Source: an uncultured Clostridia bacterium | Lineage (GTDB): Bacteria; Bacillota; Clostridia; Christensenellales; Pumilibacteraceae | Direction of reading: 5' to 3' | Length of the DNA stretch: 64,000 nucleotides | NCBI GenBank assembly: GCA_934229275.1 | Contig: CAKQDN010000001.1 | Coordinates: 11,596-75,595 of the forward strand | Shown: one piece after another, positions 10,298 through 18,010 of the stretch | How the letters are laid out: each line of letters opens with the position of its first letter | Numbering within the stretch: position 1 is the stretch's first letter | The notes under the pieces: generated by a model | Databases searched by the model: none | Told to the model about the DNA's origin: nothing | Seen by the model: only the letters and a program-made list of their open reading frames with translations | Made by a program: the position numbers and the translations under genes

Positions 10298-11533
10298 ATG
10301 AAAGATAAGATAAAAATGTCGGTCGCAGGACTGGGCGCAAGAGGCACGAGCCTTATAAAAGACGTGCTTTGCAACCGTTCGGACGTCGAAATAATCGCCG
10401 TGTGCGACGTGTATCCCGACAGAGTGGAAAAAACAATCTCGCTCGTCAAAGAAAAAACCGGCGTTACGCCTGTCGGATATTCCGACTACCGCGAAATGCT
10501 TATCAAGGCTCGTCCCGACGCCGTGCTTGTTTCCGCCGCGTGGGAGTACCACACCGAAATCGCGATTGCCGCGCTCGAAGAAGGCGTTGCCGTCGCAATG
10601 GAAGTGGGCGGATGCTATTCGCAGGACGAAATGTGGAGGCTGGTCAAAACTTACGAAAAGACCAAAACGCCGTTCATGTTCATGGAAAACTGCTGCTACG
10701 ACAAAGCCGAAACGCTCGCGACCAACATAGCAAGAGCAGGCAAATTCGGCGAAATAGTGCATTGTTCGGGCGCATACTCGCACGACCTGCGCGAAGAAAT
10801 CGCGTGCGGCAACAAAAACAGACATTACAGGCTTCGCAACTACCTTAACCGCAACTGCGAGAATTACCCCACGCACGAACTCGGTCCGATTGCCAAACTG
10901 CTTAAAATAAACGCAGGCAACAAGTTCGTTTCGCTCGTGTCGGTAGCGTCCAAAGCGGCGGGAATGGAGCAGTATATCGCCGATAATAAGGATAAATATC
11001 CCGAACTGGTCGGCAAAAAGTTCGCGCAGGGTGACATCGTGAACACGATAATCACATGTGCCGGCGGTCAGACCGTTCTGCTGCGTCTCGACACTACGCT
11101 TCCGCGTTTTTACGAGCGCGACTTTACCGTAAGAGGCACGAAGGGCTTTTATTCGGGCAACTGCAACATTGCCTTTATCGACGGCGTCGATCCCGACGAA
11201 TTCGACACACTGAAAGCGTATAAAAACATGTTCGGTAGCGGCGAAAGATATTCCGAATTTTTGCCGGAAGAGTGGAAAAACATCACGCCCGAGCAGATGC
11301 AGGCAGGTCACGGCGGTATGGACTGGCTGGAATTCGATGAGTTTTTCGCATGCCTTAAAGAAAACAAACCCATGCCGATCGACGTTTACGACGCGGCAAG
11401 CCTTATGATAGTTTCGCTTCTCAGCGAACAGTCGATTGCATCCGGCGGCACGCCCGTAGCCTTCCCCGATTTCACGGAAGGAAAGTGGCTCGTTCGCAAG
11501 AATAGGGACGTCAACCTGATTACTCGCGGATAA
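10298..11533 (+). CDS. Gfo/Idh/MocA-family NAD-dependent oxidoreductase (possibly GH109-like glycosidase)
   Basis: Rossmann GxGxxG (AGLGARG) at the N-terminus, EIIAVCD motif; about 410 aa, which fits the long GH109-like members. ATG 10298 preceded by GGGAGAAG RBS; the ORF track start at 10256 lacks an RBS. Confidence 0.6.
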   Translation: MKDKIKMSVAGLGARGTSLIKDVLCNRSDVEIIAVCDVYPDRVEKTISLVKEKTGVTPVGYSDYREMLIKARPDAVLVSAAWEYHTEIAIAALEEGVAVAMEVGGCYSQDEMWRLVKTYEKTKTPFMFMENCCYDKAETLATNIARAGKFGEIVHCSGAYSHDLREEIACGNKNRHYRLRNYLNRNCENYPTHELGPIAKLLKINAGNKFVSLVSVASKAAGMEQYIADNKDKYPELVGKKFAQGDIVNTIITCAGGQTVLLRLDTTLPRFYERDFTVRGTKGFYSGNCNIAFIDGVDPDEFDTLKAYKNMFGSGERYSEFLPEEWKNITPEQMQAGHGGMDWLEFDEFFACLKENKPMPIDVYDAASLMIVSLLSEQSIASGGTPVAFPDFTEGKWLVRKNRDVNLITRG

Positions 11534-11697
11534 TTTCCGCTTTGGCGTTCGCTGCTTCCGAAAAAAAGTTCGTGACGTAAATAGGACTTTATATCCGAGA
11601 CAAAACCGCTCGTAAAGTTACGGGCGGCTTTTTTGTTCGTAAAAAGCCGATAATACTCGTTTTGAGAGTAAAGATTTTTTATATTGACCCGAATTTC

Positions 11698-11726
11698 TTG
11701 ACAAATTGCGATAGAAACGTTATAAT
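11698..11726 (+). promoter_or_regulatory. perfect-consensus sigma-A promoter of the TetR gene
   Basis: TTGACA 11698-11703, 17 nt, TATAAT 11721-11726; GAGGAGG RBS 11743-11749. Confidence 0.6.
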
Positions 11727-11754
11727 AATGCGGTAACTATTTGAGGAGGTGCAT

Positions 11755-12351
11755 ATGCGCACGCGTAACCAACAAGAATATACGGATAAGAAAAGGCGTA
11801 TTATGACCGCCTGCTTCGAATGCTATGCGCAAAAAGGTCTGCACGGCACGGGTATTTCCGCGCTCGCACAGGCGGCAGACGTATCCAAAGCGACGCTTTA
11901 TACCTATTTCGCCGACATAGACCAACTCATCGTTCAGTCCACCGAATACTGCATGTCGCAGGTGGAAAACGAATTTATGGAAAAAGCACCCGTAGACGCA
12001 GCCGACGTCGAAAGATTTCTTCTCGAAGTTCCCTATTGGACGGCCAGAGAGCACGGCGCCAAATACAGACTTATGTATCAGGTGTATACGCACCCCAAAT
12101 ATATAGAATACGGCAAAAGATTTTTCGAGGGCGTCAACAAGCGTTACTTCGAATATGCCAGCCTTCTCGAACCGAAAATCGGCTTGCCCAAAGAGGTCAT
12201 CACGCCGCTCATCTTCATTTTCGTGCGCGCGTGCGTTCACTACGCCATGTTCGAGGACGAATACTATTTAAAGACGCAGATCGAAGTGCTTAGAAAAACC
12301 GTTTACCTGTTTCTCGGCGAGTATAAGTCGAAAGAAACGCAAAAGCAATAA
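11755..12351 (+). CDS. TetR/AcrR-family transcriptional regulator
   Basis: N-terminal HTH GLHGTGISALAQAADVSKATLYTYF is the TetR signature; about 198 aa. Confidence 0.8.
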   Translation: MRTRNQQEYTDKKRRIMTACFECYAQKGLHGTGISALAQAADVSKATLYTYFADIDQLIVQSTEYCMSQVENEFMEKAPVDAADVERFLLEVPYWTAREHGAKYRLMYQVYTHPKYIEYGKRFFEGVNKRYFEYASLLEPKIGLPKEVITPLIFIFVRACVHYAMFEDEYYLKTQIEVLRKTVYLFLGEYKSKETQKQ

Positions 12352-12427
12352 TCGTCGATAAAACGTATTCCCGGACTGAGGAAAAGAAAAAAATCGAAAA
12401 AATTTTTTTAAAACCCCCTCAAAACGC

Positions 12428-12456
12428 TTTACAACTTTATCATAATGAAGTATAAT
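12428..12456 (+). promoter_or_regulatory. sigma-A promoter (TTTACA-N17-TATAAT) of the amino-acid ABC operon
   Basis: TTTACA 12428-12433, TATAAT 12451-12456; about 130-nt structured leader before the ATG at 12591. Confidence 0.5.
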
Positions 12457-12590
12457 AAAGGCACGATCGCAGTTCGGTCGTGTTCTTTTTGAAAAAGTCG
12501 CTTCACTGTGATAAAGCGATAAATCAAAAAAAGACCGCTCGAAGCGAGATCGCAAAATTTTGAAAAAAACAAAAAAAGGAGAACTTTAAT

Positions 12591-13451
12591 ATGAAAAAGG
12601 CATTGAAAGCAATCGGAACGGTGGCACTGGCGGTAATAGCCGCATTTACGTTCGCGGCATGTTCGCCGCAGACCGAAAACCTCGCTATCGGTAAAGAAAT
12701 GATTAAATACAATTCGCAACTGGACGCACTCACGCAACTGGACGCAGGCTCGGTAGACGCAGCCGTAATCGACTCTGTAATGGCTCGTTACTATGCGACC
12801 AATGGCGCGTACGCAGGCAAAATCGCGATAATGGAAGGCTCGCTTGCACGCGAACAGTACGGAATCGCCGCAAAGAAGGGCAGCGAAGCGTTCGTTTCCG
12901 AGATAAACAAAGCGCTTTCCGCTCTCGCCGCAAACGGCAAAATGAGCGAAATCGCGGCTAAATACGGTCTTAACGCCGACATCGCGATCACCGCCGACAC
13001 CGAAAACGGATACGAAGGCGCCACCGACGGAAGTTGGGATAAGATCAAGTCGTCGGGTAAAATCATCATCGGTTACACCGTGTTCGCACCTATCGCGTTC
13101 GGTGAGGGCGAAAACTTCACCGGTTACGACATCGAACTTGCCCGCGCGGTTAAAGACTACCTCAACGAAACGTATTCGCTGTCGCTCGAACTCGAATTCC
13201 AGAAAATCAGTTGGGCGTCCAAGGAAGTGCTTATCGAAAACGGCACCATCGACCTTATCTGGAACGGACTGACGATAACCGACGAGAGAAGCGAGGGCTT
13301 CTGTATGTCCAACGCGTACCTCAACAACGATCAGGTCGCAGTCGTGAAAAAGTCCGACGCGGACAAATTCAAAACCGCAGACGATCTCAAAAACGCGGTA
13401 ATCGGAGTTGAGAAAGGCTCTGCCGGCGAAAGCATCGTCAAGGGCGAATAA
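12591..13451 (+). CDS. amino-acid ABC transporter substrate-binding lipoprotein (SBP family 3), apparently circularly permuted
   Basis: Signal peptide plus lipobox (FAAC). Residues ~35-140 match the C-terminal lobe end of canonical GlnH/HisJ-type SBPs (AREQYGIAAKKGSE...EIAAKYGL). Residues ~150-286 match the N-lobe (GYDIELARAV...GLTITDERSEG) and the start of the C-lobe. Confidence 0.75.
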   Translation: MKKALKAIGTVALAVIAAFTFAACSPQTENLAIGKEMIKYNSQLDALTQLDAGSVDAAVIDSVMARYYATNGAYAGKIAIMEGSLAREQYGIAAKKGSEAFVSEINKALSALAANGKMSEIAAKYGLNADIAITADTENGYEGATDGSWDKIKSSGKIIIGYTVFAPIAFGEGENFTGYDIELARAVKDYLNETYSLSLELEFQKISWASKEVLIENGTIDLIWNGLTITDERSEGFCMSNAYLNNDQVAVVKKSDADKFKTADDLKNAVIGVEKGSAGESIVKGE

Positions 13452-13474
13452 ATTAAAAACGGATAAGAAGAGTA

Positions 13475-14155
13475 ATGTTTCCCGAGATAATTCGACATTT
13501 ATTAAACGGTTTTATGACGACACTGGCGTTATTTGCGATAACGCTGGTGTTTGCCGTTCCGCTCGGACTGCCGATAACGCTCGCTTCGCGCTGTAAGTTC
13601 AAGCCGCTGCGTTTCGTTATGCGCGCGTTCGTGTGGGTGATCCGCAGCACGCCGCTCATGCTGCAGGTGCTTGCGGTCAGCCTTTTGCCGAAGTACGTTT
13701 TCGGAGCGGCTGTAAAAGACCTTGCCGCCGCGCTCGGAACAAGCGTAAAATCGCTTAATTTCATATTCGTGTGCGTGGCGTTCGTAATCAACTACGCGTG
13801 CTATTTTTCCGAAATTTACCGCGCCGGCATCGATTCCGTGCCGCAGGGTCAGTACGAAGCCGGAAAAGTGCTGGGGCTTAGCCGCTCCAAGACGTTCGGC
13901 AAAGTCGTCCTCATGCAGGTGGTAAAGCGCATAGTTCCGCCCATGGGCAACGAAATAATAACGCTCGTAAAGGACACGTCGCTCGCGCAGATAATCGGCG
14001 TTATAGACCTGTTGAGCGCGGCAAACGAAGCGGTGAACACGTTCATAACTCTGACGCCGCTGGTCTATGCAGCCGTGTTCTATCTCGTTTTCAACGGACT
14101 TTTGACCGTGCTTTTATCGTATGCCGAGAAAAAACTCGGTTATTTCAAGGTGTGA
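13475..14155 (+). CDS. amino-acid ABC transporter permease (His/Glu/Gln/Arg/opine family)
   Basis: 226 aa, 5 TM segments, EAA-like loop region; directly follows the SBP gene. Confidence 0.8.
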   Translation: MFPEIIRHLLNGFMTTLALFAITLVFAVPLGLPITLASRCKFKPLRFVMRAFVWVIRSTPLMLQVLAVSLLPKYVFGAAVKDLAAALGTSVKSLNFIFVCVAFVINYACYFSEIYRAGIDSVPQGQYEAGKVLGLSRSKTFGKVVLMQVVKRIVPPMGNEIITLVKDTSLAQIIGVIDLLSAANEAVNTFITLTPLVYAAVFYLVFNGLLTVLLSYAEKKLGYFKV

Positions 14156-14156
14156 T

Positions 14157-14951
14157 ATGGCGTATCTCGAAGTTAAAAACTTAAATAAATCGTTCGACGG
14201 CACCGCCGTGCTTAAAGACGTCTGTTTTTCCATGGAGCAGGGCGAGGTCATGACCATAATCGGTTCGTCCGGCAGCGGAAAAACGACTGCTCTTCGCTGT
14301 CTCGTCGGCTTGGAAACGCCCGACGGCGGAGAAGCGTTTATCGGCGGCGAACGCATAATCCCGCGTGATAAAAAACGCATAAGCGACGGCGCCGTGGGCA
14401 TGGTTTTCCAGAATTATAATCTGTTTCCGCAGTACAACGTGCTGCAAAACGTCACGCTTGCCATGAACGTGCGCTCAGAAACCGCGTTAAAGGCGCAGAA
14501 AATCGGCTTTTTCGAGCGTAAAAAACGGCTTAAACGGATTAAAAAGCAAAACGCCGAAGCCGCGCTCGGACTGCTGGAAAGAGTGGGGCTGGGCGACAAA
14601 GCAACCGCCTATCCTTGGCAGTTGTCAGGCGGTCAGTGCCAGCGAGTCGCCATTGCGCGTGCGCTTGCTCTTCAGCCGTCGGTATTGTGTTTCGACGAAC
14701 CTACGAGCGCACTCGATCCGCTTTTAACGCAGGAAGTGCTGGGTGTTATCAAGTCGCTTAAAAGCAAGGACATGACCATGATAATAGTCACGCACGAGAT
14801 GAATTTCGCGCGTGCCGTGAGCGATAAGGTGCTGTTCATGTCGGACGGAGTTATTGCCGCCGAGGGAAGTCCCGACTACGTTTTCGGTGACGATGCACCC
14901 GAGCGTGTCAAGGCGTTCATCGCCGGCGCAAAAAGCGACTACGCCGAATAA
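14157..14951 (+). CDS. amino-acid ABC transporter ATP-binding protein
   Basis: Walker A GSSGSGKTT, signature LSGGQCQRVAIARAL, Walker B LCFDEPTSALD. ATG 14157 immediately after the permease stop; the ORF track start at 14121 would overlap the permease. Confidence 0.85.
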   Translation: MAYLEVKNLNKSFDGTAVLKDVCFSMEQGEVMTIIGSSGSGKTTALRCLVGLETPDGGEAFIGGERIIPRDKKRISDGAVGMVFQNYNLFPQYNVLQNVTLAMNVRSETALKAQKIGFFERKKRLKRIKKQNAEAALGLLERVGLGDKATAYPWQLSGGQCQRVAIARALALQPSVLCFDEPTSALDPLLTQEVLGVIKSLKSKDMTMIIVTHEMNFARAVSDKVLFMSDGVIAAEGSPDYVFGDDAPERVKAFIAGAKSDYAE

Positions 14952-15007
14952 CTTACTTTTTTTGGAGAAAAAGTAAGCAAAAAAACTTTTGAGTTAGGAG
15001 AATAATA

Positions 15008-15062
15008 AAACAAGGTTGGTTTTTCTGCTTAAACATTGCAGGTACCGACCTTGTTTTTTATT
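15008..15062 (+). terminator. terminator-like hairpin module (family E) after the ABC ATPase gene
   Basis: AACAAGGTTGG ... CCGACCTTGTT stem followed by TTTTTTATTGTTGTA; a near-identical module sits at 56786-56840 after dnaB. Confidence 0.55.
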
Positions 15063-15143
15063 GTTGTATGGTGGGCGTACTTTAAAGCCTCTCCCTCCGG
15101 GAGAGGTGCGGCGATAGCCGATGGAGAGGGTAATTTAAATTTT

Positions 15144-15173
15144 CGGACAGCCAACGGACGCCTGTCCCTACAA
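15144..15173 (-). repeat. REP element, variant 1 (5'-TTGTAGGGACAGGCGTCCGTTGGCTGTCCG-3' on the minus strand)
   Basis: 30/30 identical to the copy at 56873-56902; GTAG head plus GGACAG/CTGTCC arms. Confidence 0.8.
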
Positions 15174-15740
15174 AGACGCACAAACTTTGGTGCGTTGAAA
15201 TTGACTTCTTTAAAGCCTCCTTTGCTTTGCAAGGGAGGTGGCTTCGAGCATAGCGAGAAGACGGTGGGATTATTATCGGGAGGGGGAACCCCTCCCCTAC
15301 ATAGTAAACCAAACCGAGTGCGATTAAACAAGCGAAATTTACATACCAACCCTCTTCGTCGCGGTAAACCGCGCCACCTCTCCCGAAGGGCGAGGCTTTA
15401 AATGCGGTCAAAGCAGAGGCACCAAACCTTGACAAAATCGCACACCTGTCTTAAAGTTTTTTTGCCTGTTTTTTAAATAAGCAAGGTTTTTAGCCATGCA
15501 TAAGCAGAGGCACCAAACCTTGACAAAATCGCACACCTGTCTTAAAGTTTTTTTGCATACTTTTTTTCAAAAAAAGTATGGTTTCAAAAAAATTAAAAAA
15601 GAGGGGAGAGGTTGTCCTCGTCCCCTGCAATTGGAATTCGGCAAAAAATATTAAATTTCACGGGCGTGCGGTTTGCACGAGCCTGTCGCTTCCGTTACGC
15701 GTACTCGGGAGCGTAAATTTTCTGCTTTTGCGACTGTGAG

Positions 15741-15821
15741 TTATTTGCAGTTCTTGGTTGCTTTACCGGTAGTCTTATTCGTGGTTTTCTTTGCCTTATT
15801 GGCGGTTTTCTTCTCCGACAT
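15741..15821 (-). CDS. candidate 26-aa Lys/Thr-rich small protein (MSEKKTANKAKKTTNKTTGKATKNCK)
   Basis: Consensus SD AAGGAGGT (minus strand, plus coords 15829-15836) 7 nt upstream of ATG; TAA stop. Lies in an otherwise unannotated 1.1-kb gap; a GGGATATCCC palindrome sits just upstream. No homology assignable. Confidence 0.25.
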   Translation of the reverse strand: MSEKKTANKAKKTTNKTTGKATKNCK

Positions 15822-16031
15822 TGTTTTTACCTCCTTAAAGTATGTACGGGGGATATCCCTTCCTCGGTTATTGTGCGCCGGAGAGTAAAGTATTATCGTA
15901 GAAATTCGCTGTAATTTTATGTAAACGAAGCGCAGTGCGGTCGGAGTGCGTCGACGTGCGTTATAATCGATAAAAAACAGGCGGAGCGAGCAGGATTCAA
16001 CCGTTTTAATGCTCTTCTCCGCGCATTATAT

Positions 16032-16070
16032 AAAAGAAAAAACGCCGCAATAATTTCGTGGCGTTTATTT
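16032..16070 (-). terminator. terminator downstream of ppx (minus strand), bidirectional-looking
   Basis: AACGCCGC ... GTGGCGTT stem flanked by an A-run (plus strand) and T-run (minus strand). Confidence 0.5.
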
Positions 16071-16098
16071 ATACTACTATTGTCGTGGCGGCGTTACG

Positions 16099-16953
16099 CT
16101 AAATCCGTTCGCCTTTCAGCATCAGATAGCCTTCGATATTGTCGTGTTCGGAAACGGTGAGCGAACCGAATCCGAGATAGTCCTGCATAAGCGACAGCAA
16201 AATCGCTCCGTGACCGATAACAACCGCGCGTTTTGCACCCAGAGTGGGGAAACTCTCGGTGAGATTATCGCAGGCGAATATGCGGTCTATCAGGTTTTCG
16301 AGCGCGCCGCGCGTTACGACGTAGCCGTGAACGGCGTTCGCGTCGTACGTTTTTTGTCCGAGCAGCATGGAAGCGACCGTGGTCGCCGTGCCGCCTATCG
16401 CGTATAAAACGTCGGCGCATACCTTATCGAAAGCGGTGATTTTGCTCTTGTAGAACTTTTCGATATCGGCTCTGTTGCCGCCGACCGCGTCGCGGACGCG
16501 TACTACGCCGAGAGGAAGGCTTTTTGCGTACTCGATGACGCCGCTCTTGCCGCTCGTGAGTTCGACGCTTGCGCCGCCGATGTCAATGACGGCGTTGCTG
16601 CCTTTGCCGCCGGTGCAGCCGATATAGCCGATTTTAGCCTCGGTTTCGCCCGAAATTATGTCTACGACCACGGGGATACGGCTTTCTATCGTCTTTTTAA
16701 GCGTTTTGCCGCCCGGATTACGCATGGCTTCGGTGCCGAAAACGTATACTTTGTCCGCTCCCGACGCGATTGCCTCGTCAAAAAAACCCGCTACGGCGTC
16801 TGCCGTGCGAGCCATCGCTTTTTCCTGCAACCTGCCGAAAAGCGCAAGCCCTTCGGATAGTTGAGTGGTGTTCAGTTCTTTCGCGTTCACCGCTTTGCCC
16901 CTGCCGAGGTAAAGGCGAACCGAATTGCTGCCTATGTCTATTACCGCTACCAT
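16099..16953 (-). CDS. ppx: Ppx/GppA-family exopolyphosphatase / guanosine pentaphosphate phosphohydrolase
   Basis: N-terminal VIDIGSNSVRL actin-like ATPase motif typical of Ppx/GppA; 284 aa. Confidence 0.8.
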   Translation of the reverse strand: MVAVIDIGSNSVRLYLGRGKAVNAKELNTTQLSEGLALFGRLQEKAMARTADAVAGFFDEAIASGADKVYVFGTEAMRNPGGKTLKKTIESRIPVVVDIISGETEAKIGYIGCTGGKGSNAVIDIGGASVELTSGKSGVIEYAKSLPLGVVRVRDAVGGNRADIEKFYKSKITAFDKVCADVLYAIGGTATTVASMLLGQKTYDANAVHGYVVTRGALENLIDRIFACDNLTESFPTLGAKRAVVIGHGAILLSLMQDYLGFGSLTVSEHDNIEGYLMLKGERI

Positions 16954-17228
16954 TATTTACCCACGAACAATTCTTCGTTTTCGCCGATATAACCCAGATT
17001 TTCGCGAGCGAACTGATCAACATACAAATCGCTGGACATGTATTCGAGCCGCTCCTCGTTTCTCTCGATTTCGGCGCCAAGAGCCGCTTTCTGCGCTTCG
17101 AGCGAAGAAGCCTGCCTTCTGAGTCCGCCTATCTTGATGAGGTTGATAATAAGCGATACCGCAAGCAGAAAAATGAAAATAATCGTGGATATGGTGACGA
17201 TTTTAATAACTTTTAACTTGTCGGTCAT
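16953..17228 (-). CDS. septum formation initiator (FtsB/DivIC family)
   Basis: 91 aa; single N-terminal TM followed by a coiled coil (LEAQKAALGAEIERNEERLEYM) and DivIC-like C-terminus. AAGGAGA RBS upstream; start overlaps ppx by 1 nt. Confidence 0.65.
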   Translation of the reverse strand: MTDKLKVIKIVTISTIIFIFLLAVSLIINLIKIGGLRRQASSLEAQKAALGAEIERNEERLEYMSSDLYVDQFARENLGYIGENEELFVGK

Positions 17229-17334
17229 GACGCGTTTTTCTCCTTTTTTTGCGTTCCGTTTTCAGTATAACACATTAAGGAGAAAATTTCAAGCAAAAAA
17301 AAGAAAATTTCATGAAAAAACTAGGTCTAAACGA

Positions 17335-17363
17335 TTGACATCTCCGACAAAAAACACTATAAT
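17335..17363 (+). promoter_or_regulatory. perfect-consensus sigma-A promoter upstream of the XRE-cupin regulator / pot operon
   Basis: TTGACA 17335-17340, 17-nt spacer, TATAAT 17358-17363. Confidence 0.55.
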
Positions 17364-17462
17364 TTTCGCGTTTAGTAAAATTAAACCCGACGTTTATTAT
17401 GTTCTAACCTTGTAAACCGCGAGTTTAGCGTCCGGGCTTGATTTTAAGGGAGCGGCAGAAAA

Positions 17463-17996
17463 ATGGAAATAGGCATTAAAATAAGAGAAATGCGACTTAA
17501 AAAGCAGTTGACGCAGGAAGAACTTGCCGACCGCTGCGAACTTACGAAGGGCTATATAAGTCAGATAGAAAACGACCTTACAAGCCCGTCCATCGCAACG
17601 CTTAAAGACATTTTACAGGCACTCGGCTCGTCGCTGTCCGACTTTTTCTCGGAGGACGAGGAAGAGCAGGTCGTGTTCCGCAAGTCCGACTACTTCGAAA
17701 AGGAAGGCGACGACAGCACGATAACGTGGCTGGTTCCCTCGTCGCAGAAAAACGAGATGGAGCCGATAATGCTGCGGCTCGGCGCAGGTGCGTCCACCGA
17801 AAAGGACATGCCGCACGAGGGCGAGGAATTCGGCTATGTGCTTAAAGGGAGCGTTCGGCTGATAGTCGGAAAACGCGAGTATGTCGCCGAAGAGGGCGAG
17901 AGTTTTTACTACCGCGCCAATAAAACGCATTATATAGTCAACCGTGCGGAAGGAGAAAGCGTGCTACTGTGGCTTTCCTGTCCGCCCAATTTTTAA
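17463..17996 (+). CDS. XRE-family HTH plus cupin-domain transcriptional regulator (PuuR-like)
   Basis: N-terminal HTH_3 (LTQEELADRCELTKGYISQIEN) plus C-terminal cupin (GEEFGYVLKGSVRLIVG); sits immediately upstream of potABCD. Confidence 0.75.
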   Translation: MEIGIKIREMRLKKQLTQEELADRCELTKGYISQIENDLTSPSIATLKDILQALGSSLSDFFSEDEEEQVVFRKSDYFEKEGDDSTITWLVPSSQKNEMEPIMLRLGAGASTEKDMPHEGEEFGYVLKGSVRLIVGKREYVAEEGESFYYRANKTHYIVNRAEGESVLLWLSCPPNF

Positions 17997-18010
17997 GGAG
18001 AAGTCAGGCA

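Larger units (their letters stand above)
14952..15660. repeat. BIME-like mosaic cluster 1: terminator module, AT-stem palindromes, GTAG-headed REP and hairpin families, 92-bp tandem duplication
   Basis: Contains family-D palindrome 14953-14980 and terminator hairpin 15008-15062. Family-A hairpins at 15079-15134, 15206-15242 and 15354-15405 (inverted). REP variant 1 at 15144-15173, GTAGGGGAGGGG hairpin at 15277-15303, 92-bp direct repeat at 15411-15465/15503-15557. All families recur at 51.3, 56.8-57.3 and 59.5-60.0 kb. Confidence 0.8.

Noticed and set aside
14952-15660. Possible CRISPR array in the repeat clusters
   Set aside because: The repeats are heterogeneous hairpin families in mixed orientations with no constant repeat/unique spacer periodicity and no cas genes in the window. 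The BIME/REP interpretation fits better.
15673-15888. 71-aa hydrophobic ORF on the plus strand in the 15.7-kb gap
   Set aside because: No RBS; it is antisense to the small Lys-rich ORF that does have a consensus SD; its hydrophobicity is explained by translating a Lys-codon-rich strand in reverse (AAA/AAG giving TTT/CTT).
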